Source: Rhizophagus irregularis
Lineage: Eukaryota
Direction of reading: 5' to 3'
NCBI RefSeq assembly: GCF_026210795.1
Contig: NC_089435.1
Span: 2,170,001 to 2,234,000 of the forward strand
DNA length: 64,000 nt
Made by a program: the position numbers and the translations under genes. Of the stretch, positions 26,707 through 37,555 are shown in pieces. A model generated the notes under the pieces. That model was not told the DNA's origin and did no database searches. It was given only the letters and a program-made list of their open reading frames with translations. Every line of letters starts with the position of its first letter. The stretch's first letter is position 1.

Positions 26707-27186
26707 CTAGATTCTGGGAGAATTCTGAAATTCCTCATGTTGAATATTGTCGTTATCGAAAATAGTTCCGTTTACTGAAATTGAGGTTGTATCATGAGTG
26801 TTATTATTTGGATATACTTGAGTAGTATTGGGTTGAATAGTGTTGAAGAATTGTTGTTGAATGTTATTTTCAGTATTTTGTTGATAAATAGGTTGTTGGA
26901 TTTGGTGTTGAATTAAAGAATGTATACTATTATGGAGTGGAAACTGGTTATCAAGAATATGAGATAAATTAATACTATTATTCAAGAGTCGCGCATTTTC
27001 TAATGGGTGTAATTCGGTGTACTGATATGTAACATGATAGATACGTGTATCATTTGGTAAAGGAAAATAAAATTCAAATGTAGCGTTTTGAGGCGCAGTA
27101 TTAGGTACAATTGAAGTATGTTGGCCATCGTTATTATCCATTGGTAAATTAGAATAATCTTGTGTATTTTGGTTATTTGAATTCAT
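26707..27186 (-). CDS. Q/N-rich hypothetical protein, family copy 5 (159 aa)
   Basis: Intact ORF with the conserved core and the MNSNNQ start. Confidence 0.72.
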   Translation of the reverse strand: MNSNNQNTQDYSNLPMDNNDGQHTSIVPNTAPQNATFEFYFPLPNDTRIYHVTYQYTELHPLENARLLNNSINLSHILDNQFPLHNSIHSLIQHQIQQPIYQQNTENNIQQQFFNTIQPNTTQVYPNNNTHDTTSISVNGTIFDNDNIQHEEFQNSPRI

Positions 27187-29060
27187 CTTAGAAATAAAAT
27201 AATTTAAATTATGGTTGATTATTTACTGTATTAATACAACGTATGGGTAATTTAAAATTTTTAAAATTTTTTATTTTTTTTATTATTGATCTCTACGAAG
27301 AGTTCATTTAATATATACTGTACCAAAAGTGCGTGTAAATCATATACATAATAGGAAATCCGGAAAAAAGCGCCCGAAAATGAACTCACTTGTTTATGTG
27401 TCATTTCTTATATAGGATTAGTCTTGGTATTCTGTTCAATCAATTAGGACTAATATAGTTGCATCATATTATGATTAATATTATTGGGGGATTATTTACC
27501 TTATTTGATAAGTTTAAAAATCGATCATGCAATTGGTTGATTGCATTGAACGGATACTAATCTATTCGTTAATGATCAACGGGAGACGTGTATCAACTGC
27601 GTCATGTATTTTTTTTATGTTTAAACGTTTCTTAATATTTAACTGGTACTAACGTATAATTAAACGTATTGTAGAAACAATGAAAGATCTCGAAAGCAAA
27701 TTAAAATAGATTTGACAGTTATAAGATGAGTTCAAGGCAATGTTTCAAATGGGATAGTATGTATTTATTACACAATATTTACTTCAAACCTTCTGTTTTA
27801 AACTTGGTGTCTTATACCAACAGATGTCAACAGATGTATAATGGGTTCCATCCTGATCATATTTACATGTTGAAATTGTTATGCTGTATATTTCTAGTAA
27901 AATCTCTTATTAGCAAATGCTTATGTTATTATCTATATAAATTATATAATAATTGAGGTGGAATTGAAATGATTTATTAATAATAATAAAATTATCTACT
28001 TAGGTTGATAAAATGTCATCGAACTTTGCGGAATGTCTGTGTAAAAAAACTATCAGGATATCTTTGTACAAATTGTTCGACATTGTATATCTTTTCCAAA
28101 TTTTTATACTTTTGTAATTAAGAAATTTTAAAGATAATGACTACGTTGTATTCTTAATTCATCATCAAAATGTGTGATATGAAATAATATGAGCGGTTTC
28201 GGTAATCATCAATACCGATATCGTATCGAAGAGGTAGTTATTTATTTAGAATAAATATTAGTTTATCAATTAAGGGAGTAGATGGTATTAACTGTAAATG
28301 GAAGAGAGAAAGAAGCCAGTGATTTAAATAATAAAATAAATAAAGTAAAAATAAAAATAAAGGACTATTGATAAGAATCTGGTTCAAAATCTGGTAAAGT
28401 ATCCCGACAATCTGAATTCTGGACAAACCCAAAGACACCAAAGGCACCTTATCCCGATATCTCGATAATATTTTATTTTACTTTTAAAAAATTCTGTTCT
28501 AAAATAATTAATTAAAAATTTTAATTCTTAATTATTATTCTACAATTCCTTTTAAGACTTCAAAATTTTGAATAAAATTTGTGACATCGTAGTCATCGTA
28601 CCTTCTCAAAAAAAGAAACCCTCGGAATAAATTTTTTTTGATAACTATTAATTCTTAGACTTCATTTCATATCTTTTACTATAAATATTTATGTGCAGTT
28701 ATAATTTTTTTTTAAAAAAAAAAAGCTTTATTTCACTTTTATTTATTCAGAACATACTGTATGAATATAATAAATAATAAAATAAACAAATATAAAATAA
28801 ATATTTTTGTAAAACAAGAAAATAATATAAAAGTAAATGATCAGAGGGAAACTTTGAAAATTATAAACTTAATAATAAAAAAAAATACGCTAAAATATTC
28901 TATAAAATAATAATAAATGATTTAAGTTTAATTTCACAATTAAGTTTAGAAATTTATTATCGACGAACTTTAAAGAGCAAAAGTAAAATTCAAAGATAAA
29001 AAAGAAGTGTCATCTAGATTCTGGAATGAAATATAAGAGTATAATAATCGAGTCTAATCT

Positions 29061-29510
29061 TTAAGGAGAATTCTGAAATTCCTCATCTTGAATATTATCG
29101 GAAATAGTTATGAGTGTTATTTGGATATACTGAGAAGTAGTAGGTTGAATAGTGTCGAAGAATTGTTATTTTCAGTATTTTATTGATATACAGGTCAGGA
29201 ATATGAGATAAATTAATGTTATTACCGGACTCAGTAAAGATATACTCTTATTATTCGAGAGTCGCATATTTTCTAATGAATGTAATTCGTTATATTGATA
29301 TGTAACGTGATAGGATACGACGTCATTTGATAAAGGAAAAGGAAAGTAAAATTCAAATGTAACGTTTTGAGATGCGAGATTTGCAGTATTAATGAAAGTA
29401 TTTTGAATTCCCACGTTGTTAGTTGAAGTGTGCCGGTAGTCGCTGTCCATTGATAAATTATGTAGTTTGGAAAAAAAAAGTTGTTTTTGATCTTTTGCGA
29501 AAAGTCCCAT
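29061..29510 (-). pseudogene. Degenerate Q/N-rich family copy 6
   Basis: Core FEFYFPFPLSNDVVSYHVTYQYNELHSLEN retained in ORF 29172..29510; deletions and a frameshift in the 3' half; homologous end QDEEFQNSP* at 29061. Confidence 0.75.
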
Positions 29511-30868
29511 CTAATACAGCGAAAGAATAAATAACAGATAAGTCTTTGACATAAAAGAGACGAAGAAATATCCCAAAAAGTTGGATGAAACAAAATTTAA
29601 ATTTTTTGAAAAATGTAGGAGGTAAAAGATGAGTATTTATATATTACTTTTTCAAAGAATGAATGAAAATATAAAAAATATTACGGCAATAATTCTGAAT
29701 TTATGTTAGCAATTCCTATTCGTGACCAGATCAGTTAGTTTCATTATTAATAAAATTTATGTGTGATATCTTAATTATCACAATTTACTTGAGTGTAAAG
29801 CCATGCATAAATTAAAATTTTTTGTAATTTTTTCACTAATTTGGACGCATCATATCGGCCAAATTTTTGGAATGCTAGCCATATGATAATATAATTTTTA
29901 ATTCATTTTTTTTTTTTATAATCTAATAATTTTAGTGAGACGATAAACATACAATACCATTGGCTAATTTCAATTAAAAATTCACAAATTTGGTTGAAGG
30001 ATCTCTGATACTCAAAGAATGATAATATCAATTTCTGGAATGGGCGAATATGTCTATATAAGTTTATATAATACTGAAATGCTCCGACATGAGAAATCAA
30101 AAAAAAAAAGGTGGTACGTTAATAATAATAAAGATATCTTATCCCTTAAAGCGTTTTGCAGCTAAATTTGGCTGCGATTTACCACTACTCATGTGCCGAT
30201 CTAAACTGTAATACAATGAAATTCCATGGAATCCTCTGCGGAAATCCTAAAAATTCCGCGGAATTTAGAACAATAGCTATCATTTAAGGGATAGGTAGGG
30301 TATTATTTACATTGTAACACAATTGTCGATAACTGGTAAAGATGGGTAAATCTTACTTTTATCACATTGTCACGTGATGGAGGCGTGAAAAGGAAGTAGA
30401 CCGTTATTCCGTTCGTGCCGTAGGAACGTTTACATTAAAATTTTCGTGGTAATTCATCTTGGAGCCCATTCCCAATTATTATTGCACTTTTGGAAGAAAT
30501 ATTCGATTATGATTATTTGAATATCATATTATTGATTATCACCCATAATAAATCCATCATGTTGGAAATTTTATCCTAATGGAAAGTTATGTAAAAGCAT
30601 CTTATGGATTCGAATCATTATAACAGGACTAGACGAACTACTCTGGGAGTAGTCCTGTTATGCTAATCAAGTTCAAATGTTCAAATTTGTGTCAGCCCAA
30701 TTAAAAATATGTATAAACACTCATAAATTTATTCGCTTAATCACATATGTGATCATAATAAATAGAAACAAATAAATAAAAATAAAAAAAAAATAAACTT
30801 TGAAAAGGTATAACTCTTACTTTTTTCAGAACATAACGATTATATAATTAATTTAACAACGAAGTTTA

Positions 30869-31043
30869 GGTCAGGCCAATAGGATTTTCTGTTTAACAAG
30901 AATTTTCATTGAAAAAAGAGGGGAGGGGAGGGGAGAGGGGGGATTTAAAAAAATTGGTAAATTTTTGCTTTTTTTGGTATCTATCTAAATTAAAATTTTT
31001 GAGGGGAGGATTTTGTTAAACAGAAAATCAAATTGGTCCGGCC
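30869..31043. mobile_element. Tourist/PIF-Harbinger-like MITE
   Basis: ~35-bp TIR (gg.c.g.ccaat..gattttctgtttaacaa), TTA on both sides; absent from the paralogous 3' flanks at ~7240, ~16060 and ~26610. Confidence 0.75.
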
Positions 31044-31196
31044 TTAGTTTATAATAAAAAAAGAAGGGACATCACCGACTGCATAATATCCATAATCGAA
31101 CAAAGCGAAAAATTTGAAGAAAAGAGAAAGGATCAAAAAATTTTATTTTTTCATTCTAGATTCCGGAATGAAATATATATTAATCGAGTATAGTCC

Positions 31197-31685
31197 TTAA
31201 GGAGAATTCTGTAATTCCTCATCTTGAACGTTATCGACGTTTACTGAGATTGAAGTTGTATCATAAGTATTGTTGTTCGAATATACTTGAGAAGTAGGTT
31301 GAATACAGTCATATAACTGTGGTTGAATGGTGTTTTGTTGATAAACAGGTTGTTGGACTAGTTGTTGAATTTGTTGCTGAATTAGAGAATGTATATTATT
31401 ATGGAGTGGAAACTGATGATCGGGAATATGTGATAAACTAATGCTATTATTCAAGCGTCGCGCATTTTCTAATGGATGTAATTCGGTATATTGATATGTA
31501 ACATGATAGATACGTGTATCAATTGATGAAGGAAAAGGAAAGTAAAATTCAAATGTAACGTTTTGAGGCGCAGGAGTCGCACTATTAATGAAAGCACCCA
31601 CGTTGTTGATTGGATTATTCTGTTCATTGCTATCACCCATTGATAAGTTAGAATAATCTTGTGCAGTTTGATTATTTGAAGTCAT
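31197..31685 (-). CDS. Q/N-rich hypothetical protein, family copy 7 (162 aa)
   Basis: ORF track 31197..31802; ATG at 31685 (MTSNNQ) by homology; most similar to copy 4. Confidence 0.72.
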   Translation of the reverse strand: MTSNNQTAQDYSNLSMGDSNEQNNPINNVGAFINSATPAPQNVTFEFYFPFPSSIDTRIYHVTYQYTELHPLENARRLNNSISLSHIPDHQFPLHNNIHSLIQQQIQQLVQQPVYQQNTIQPQLYDCIQPTSQVYSNNNTYDTTSISVNVDNVQDEELQNSP

Positions 31686-32966
31686 TTTTATAAAGCGAAA
31701 AATATTATAGAGAACCCAAAAGTTGGACTGGTTCAAAAATTTTGGTGGGTATATATACACTGGAAATGTTACAATACTTGTTGAATGTCGATCCATGTTC
31801 AAAATAACTAAAATAAGGTCATCATTCTATAATAGGTTATTACTTACGCCATCAACTCATCCAACTTATCCAACTTATCCTATTCGGGCTATCTCCAACT
31901 CAGGTCTTTCTTTTTCTATTTTTCCCGGTTTTTCTGTAGAAAACAATCTAAGAAAATTTTTGGAATAATTTGATAACCATTGAAACTTCTGTAAATAAAA
32001 TATCTGTTTATAATACTACATAAAATAGTTTCCTTTTTTATCATTAAACTTACGTTAAATTGGTAAAAATAAGATATCTGTGGAGAACAAGTAAAAGTGA
32101 TTGTCGTACAAATGATTTGACAATCAACATGTGCATAACGATAAATAATATACAGTACATATCTGAGATAATCTCAGAAAAAATTATACAATTTTCTGAC
32201 TCTTGATCCAAATCATCAAATAGATTCAATAGATTCGTGATTGTTTCGGACTTATTTCATGAAGCATTTCGTCGATAAAATTTTTTTGATTAGAAGAATT
32301 GTATGCATTTAAGATTTAAATTATTCTTTCTAGATTGCAGAATCCTAATAAATCAGATATTCTGGCAAAAGTTCTGTTGAAATTCATCCAAATTCTATGC
32401 AAGTTATCGAAAAAATACGTTTTTATTCTGATATCCCCAACTATATATATTTATTGCTTCTTTTACTTTTAGCAAATAATAAAATAATTGTATACCTACG
32501 GAATATGAAAAAATTAGAATAATGCTACCAAAAAAAAGCTGGTGATTTTTTTTTTTGAAGTTTTATTTTGTTACACGAATAATTATTTACCATCCTCAAT
32601 TTTTCAAGAGATAGCAGATAGTTCATAAGACGGCAAAAAAAAAAAATTATAAAACATGGCAAAAAAAAAATTCTATATATCATCGAAATATTTTTATAAT
32701 GATTTCATAAAAAACCTCTGGCTATTATTATATTATATTTCAGAAAAGTATTTATTATCCATAATAACCTTATTTTTTTTTTTAATAAATCAAGAAAACA
32801 ATGAATACAAGCTTTTTATAATTTTTCGCATTAAATGTTTTGATTAAAAAATTCGAAAAAGTAGATTCTAAAAAGAACAATTAAATTAAAACGTTCTTTA
32901 TAATACGATCGAAAAAAATAATAATAGAATTAATTTTTTATTTAATAAAAATTACATAATATAAAA

Positions 32967-35501
32967 TTATAATTTTGCACGAACGGTTTGTGAGGATTTA
33001 TCAAAATCAGCATAAAGTTGATCAATTATTTTTCGATAGAACTTGGTCATAGCTGGACGTTTTGTTTTAAATCTATAAAAAAAAAATTGAATTGGTTATT
33101 TTGATTTGATATTTAAGCGGGTATAAAAAATAATAAAATAAATTAAAAATTAAATTTTAATAAAATAATATTTACGTCGCAGTTATAATTCCATCTTCAG
33201 GTGTAAATGCTTTAGGTTCGACATAAATAGCCTTAAGACGTTCAAATCTTTTTTATATATATATAATTAAAAAAAAAAATAATTAATAATCAAAATTTAA
33301 AAAAAAATGTATACTAGTTTCTTTTCTTTAAAAAAAAAAACTTACCCGTTTAATCCATATTTTATTCCAACTTGATTCAGATTATCTAAAAGAGCATCAC
33401 ATACTTCTTTATTTTTTACAAGTTCTTCAAACTCATATGTTTCTCCTAAAAGATCGTTTGCCCATGGAACAAATAATTCGGGATTCGGAACTGCGATACC
33501 AACAAGATATGATTTCAATGGATCCCCATAAACAAACAATTGTGCTAACAATAGATTTCTTAAGTAAATTTGTTCAATCTAAAAAAAAAGAAAAAAAAAT
33601 TAATTAAAATTAAATCTATAAATAATTTTTCCTAAAAAAATTATAAAATATTTACTTTTTCGGGAGCAATGAATTCTCCTTGAGATAATTTAAAAATGCT
33701 AGTTTTACGATCAATTATAACTACACAACCTCTAGCATCAATATAGCCAATATCACCAGAATGTAACCATCCTTCTTGATCAATCGTTTCTTTAGTTTTC
33801 TTTTCATCTTTAAAATATCCAACCATAACACCTTTACCTCTAACACATATTTCACCTCGTGGAAAAGGTTTATCTTCACTTGTATATCCCATTTCTGGAA
33901 CATCAACAAGTTTCAATTCTGATCTAAAGAAAAATAAATTCATCAATTTATATTTATATATATTATTCTTTTTTAAAAAAAATCTACAAATCAAACATAA
34001 CTTACGAACAAACTGGAGGTCCAACATGAGATGGTTGTGCATCTCCAAACATAGTTGCACAGCCTAATCCTGTAGTTTCAGTTTGACCATAACCTTCTTG
34101 AAAAGAAACAGAAAAAGCGACTCTAAGAAAATCCATCACATCTTTAGCGAGAGGTGCACCTCCAGTACTAAAATATTTAACTCTTCCGCCAAAGAAATCT
34201 CTAAATTTGTTTAAAAGAATTCTATCCCAAATTGGATGAGTTACAGATCCAGTTTTTTCAAAATTTTCTGTTTTATCTTTGATTGCCTTTCTCGACAATG
34301 CACCAATAATTCCAGTTGATTCAATAGTATGACTTTTTAATATAGCAGCAACCCTATTAAAAATTCTGGGAACACTCGGAAATACATTTGGTTTTAAAAC
34401 TTTCATATCATCAAATATACCAAATATATCTCCTCTATAATATCCAACTGGACATCCCCAAAAAATCGAAAAAACTTCAACGTTTATACCAAATACATGA
34501 GCTAAAGGTAAATAAGAAATATATACATCTCCAGGTTTTATTGGTGTCGCTACTGAAATCGAGGCAAACACTGCTACCATATTTTTATGAGACACCATCA
34601 CACCTTTTGGAGCTCCTGTTGTTCCTGATGTATACGGAATTACAAATAAATCATCTGGTGTTGGTGGATTATATTTCCTAGGATTTTCTTTTCCTAATGT
34701 TTCAACTTCGGAAAATTCATAAATTTTTATATTATATTCTGATGCCCATCCTTTTACACATTCAGCCGTATCTTCTAATGGATCAATTGAAATTATAACT
34801 CTAAGTTGTGGAATTTTAGACGCTAGTTTTAACATTGATGTGATATGGTTTGCTGTCATACAAACAATTTGAAGTTCAGCATGATTCGTACAATATTCTA
34901 TTATGTCATGTCCAAGTGTATCAAAAAGTGGAACTGTAATTAAATTATAAGCTGCATTTGCTTGAATAATTAATTGAAATTCTGGCTTATTAATTGACCA
35001 CACTCCAACTGTGTATCTATCCTTTTTTCCATTCTTTACAACAGTATCGTTAATATGAACTAATCCACTTCCAAAATTGGTGAATCTTTCAAGAACTTTT
35101 TCATATGTTTCCCAAACATAATCACCATAGTTTCCTGTTTTATCATCAAATGGACGATATCCGAGACATGGTTTTTTTGCATGTCTACTAACAGCTATTC
35201 GAAAACATAAAAAAAATCATTAATAAATTATACGACGCAGTAATTAATTTAATACGAGAATTAATTACCGTATTGAAAGCTATCAAATACAGTGCTAACT
35301 TCGGGACATGGCTTTTCAATTAAATTTTCTGGCATAAACGAGTTTCTGTAGACACCTATGAAAAAAAAAATTTCAGTTTAAAAAATTGGGAACGAATTAA
35401 TTTTAATTAATTATTCAACGGTTACCTGTTTGTCCGGGTCTTTTTGAATCAGGAACGACGACAGTTTGTTTATTAAAATCAAAATTAGCGAACATTGACA
35501 T
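32967..35501 (-). CDS. Long-chain fatty acyl-CoA synthetase, 7 exons, ~676 aa, PTS1 -AKL; paralog 2
   Basis: Exons 35501-35426, 35355-35269, 35194-34006, 33923-33656, 33578-33346, 33247-33176, 33072-32967; exon lengths identical to paralog 1; same catalytic motifs. Confidence 0.95.
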
Positions 35502-35864
35502 ATTAATTGATTTTTTTCGTTGTGTAAAAATCAAAAAGAAAATTTTTTTTTTTTAGGTTCGTTTATATATATATATTAAATTTTAAATAATTGTGTGACT
35601 TAATAATCAATTGAAAGGGTTGCCAATTTTGGAATTCTGTACATCGGAATACCAGTTTAATGAAAGAATTGACTATCACGACTATCACTGCGGTAAAACT
35701 CCTGATTAACTGATGACAGCTAAATTAAGTAGTACCAGGGGTAATTGCGTAAGACAATAGTGCAAGGGTATTTGATAGAGAACGTCACGAATTACCGTTT
35801 ATTCTTTTAAAAAAAAAATTTTTTTTCATTGCCAATCTTGTATAAAATTGAATTAGATTATCAG

Positions 35865-36096
35865 CGGTAAGACGAATACCAGTGGTGTAGGATCGACCAC
35901 CTGTGTGGTGTATGGTGATATTTAGCAGTGTGTAACAGTGTGTAAAATAAGGGGTGTGAACCATACACTGGTGATGATTAGCATTTCGGCCCACTCAAAA
36001 TCACGTGTTTGGCCCGTCGCGTTATTTATCACGTCACATAGGAGACCATACACTACACATCTCCTTGACCCTACACCACTCATCTCCGTAGCACTC
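35865..36096. mobile_element. MULE-like MITE in the ACSL2/aegerolysin intergenic region
   Basis: Inverted arms agtggtgtagg...tgtgtggtgtatggt / accatacactacaca...cctacaccact placed symmetrically 16 bp inside a perfect 9-bp direct repeat GATTATCAG; absent from the paralog near 21445. Confidence 0.7.
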
Positions 36097-36336
36097 GATT
36101 ATCAGTGCGTTATTTGCGTTATTGTGCGCTAATAAAAATTGTGTAAATCTCCGACCAATTAGCGAATCCACATTTTACACGTTGTTGCTTGTGTGATAAT
36201 TATAGGATTTGTAATTTTTTTTTTCGGACTTCGGATAATCCGGATAAATAAATAAATATATAGGCAAAAAAATTAAAAAATCCCTTATAAATAAGTCATT
36301 CCGATAAAAAATAATAATATTAAAAATAATAATAAA

Positions 36337-37170
36337 ATGGTTTATAAACTATTTTTCATCTTTATTAATATTATTATTCTGTCAACTCTTACTTATTCAG
36401 TACCATATGATACAGTCGAAAATATAGACTATGATATTATTAAAGGACAAGATAATGAATTCTTTTGTCCAAATAATTCAAATGTAATTTGTTGTCCTCT
36501 CTTAGCGCATCGGGTTGCTTCTGAAAATCATTCACGATGCGCAACAATTATTCTCGTTAATAAGAGTGGTTATAATTTGACTTTAGAAACAGTCAACCTT
36601 GAAGATGGTCGTTGGGTAACGATGGAAGATTATGGTCGTGTTATTGATGTAAATTGTGAACCACGCTCTATTCTAAATGGTGAATCTGAAGCTATATCTA
36701 CTGTTACAAGTCATTTTCTTGGTGGAGTATTAGGGTTTGTTACTTTTATTATGGATGATGATATGTCAAGCAAATTTATTATCTCTTGGGATGTTCCAAC
36801 GATCGGATTCCCTGGATATTATTTTAACTTCATGGATGAAACATCTAAACATAAGTTTGCCATTAATTCTCAAAATACCTTTGGAGATACAGTTTTTCGA
36901 ATTGAAATTTATGAAAAAATTCCTTGGACTTGGCCAACTATACCGTTATATTTTCTCGTTCCGTTTCTTATGCTTTCTATCGCTATACCTTGCTGTTGCA
37001 TTTCAATTATATTCGGAGAAACACAATATCCACGACAAGAACAACGACGATCATATGTTCCTCAAAGACAAGGACAACAATTTCATAATAATCTCGTTAA
37101 TCAACAAAGACGACAACAAGGACGACAATCTTATAATTCCATCAATAAACAAGCTTATAATTTCTTCTAA
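36337..37170 (+). CDS. Signal peptide + aegerolysin/crystal-protein-like beta domain + TM helix + Q/R/N-rich tail (277 aa)
   Basis: Intact ORF; hydrophobic N-terminus; pattern IILVNKSGYNLTL..L.DGRW...P.SI.NGES......GGV.G.VTF.....F.ISWDVP.IG; hydrophobic segment with CCC before a polar tail. Confidence 0.7.
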   Translation: MVYKLFFIFINIIILSTLTYSVPYDTVENIDYDIIKGQDNEFFCPNNSNVICCPLLAHRVASENHSRCATIILVNKSGYNLTLETVNLEDGRWVTMEDYGRVIDVNCEPRSILNGESEAISTVTSHFLGGVLGFVTFIMDDDMSSKFIISWDVPTIGFPGYYFNFMDETSKHKFAINSQNTFGDTVFRIEIYEKIPWTWPTIPLYFLVPFLMLSIAIPCCCISIIFGETQYPRQEQRRSYVPQRQGQQFHNNLVNQQRRQQGRQSYNSINKQAYNFF

Positions 37171-37366
37171 AAATAGAATTATAGACAGACATTTTTAACA
37201 TTATTTTCATTTTAATGGTATTTATTTCAGAATGATGTATATTACAGTATATAAAAAAAAAAAAATACAAAAATAATAATTATTATTATACTATCCTTCT
37301 CGAAAATTAATCGTAACAAAATGGTATTTAAGTGTAATAATATGAAAAAAATTTTAGCGTGATCCC

Positions 37367-37516
37367 CGTTTGTGTTCGGAAAGCGGACGGGAAATTTTGG
37401 ATGAAATCAGTATTATTGTTGTTGCCAGTCCACGCGACAATCCTATTCGGATTATTATTTGGTAATGCTTGGTTGCCATTCCACCAAGTGGAGGCAGCAT
37501 CTTTGAGATATGCTGG
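37367..37516 (-). mobile_element. LTR retrotransposon (Ty3/gypsy-like) gag fragment
   Basis: GC-richer patch translating PAYLKDAASTWWNGNQALPNNNPNRIVAWTGNNNNTDFIQNFPSAFRTQT, matching the retrotransposon gag pattern L.g.A..WW...W..F...F...F. Confidence 0.6.
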
Positions 37517-37555
37517 TGCTTAGCGTCGTCACTTCCAACTTGATTTAATTGTAGG

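Noticed and set aside
31686..31802. N-terminal extensions of family copies 7 and 4 in the ORF track
   Set aside because: Paralogs start at M(N/T)xNNQ; the upstream sequence looks like 5' UTR or intron
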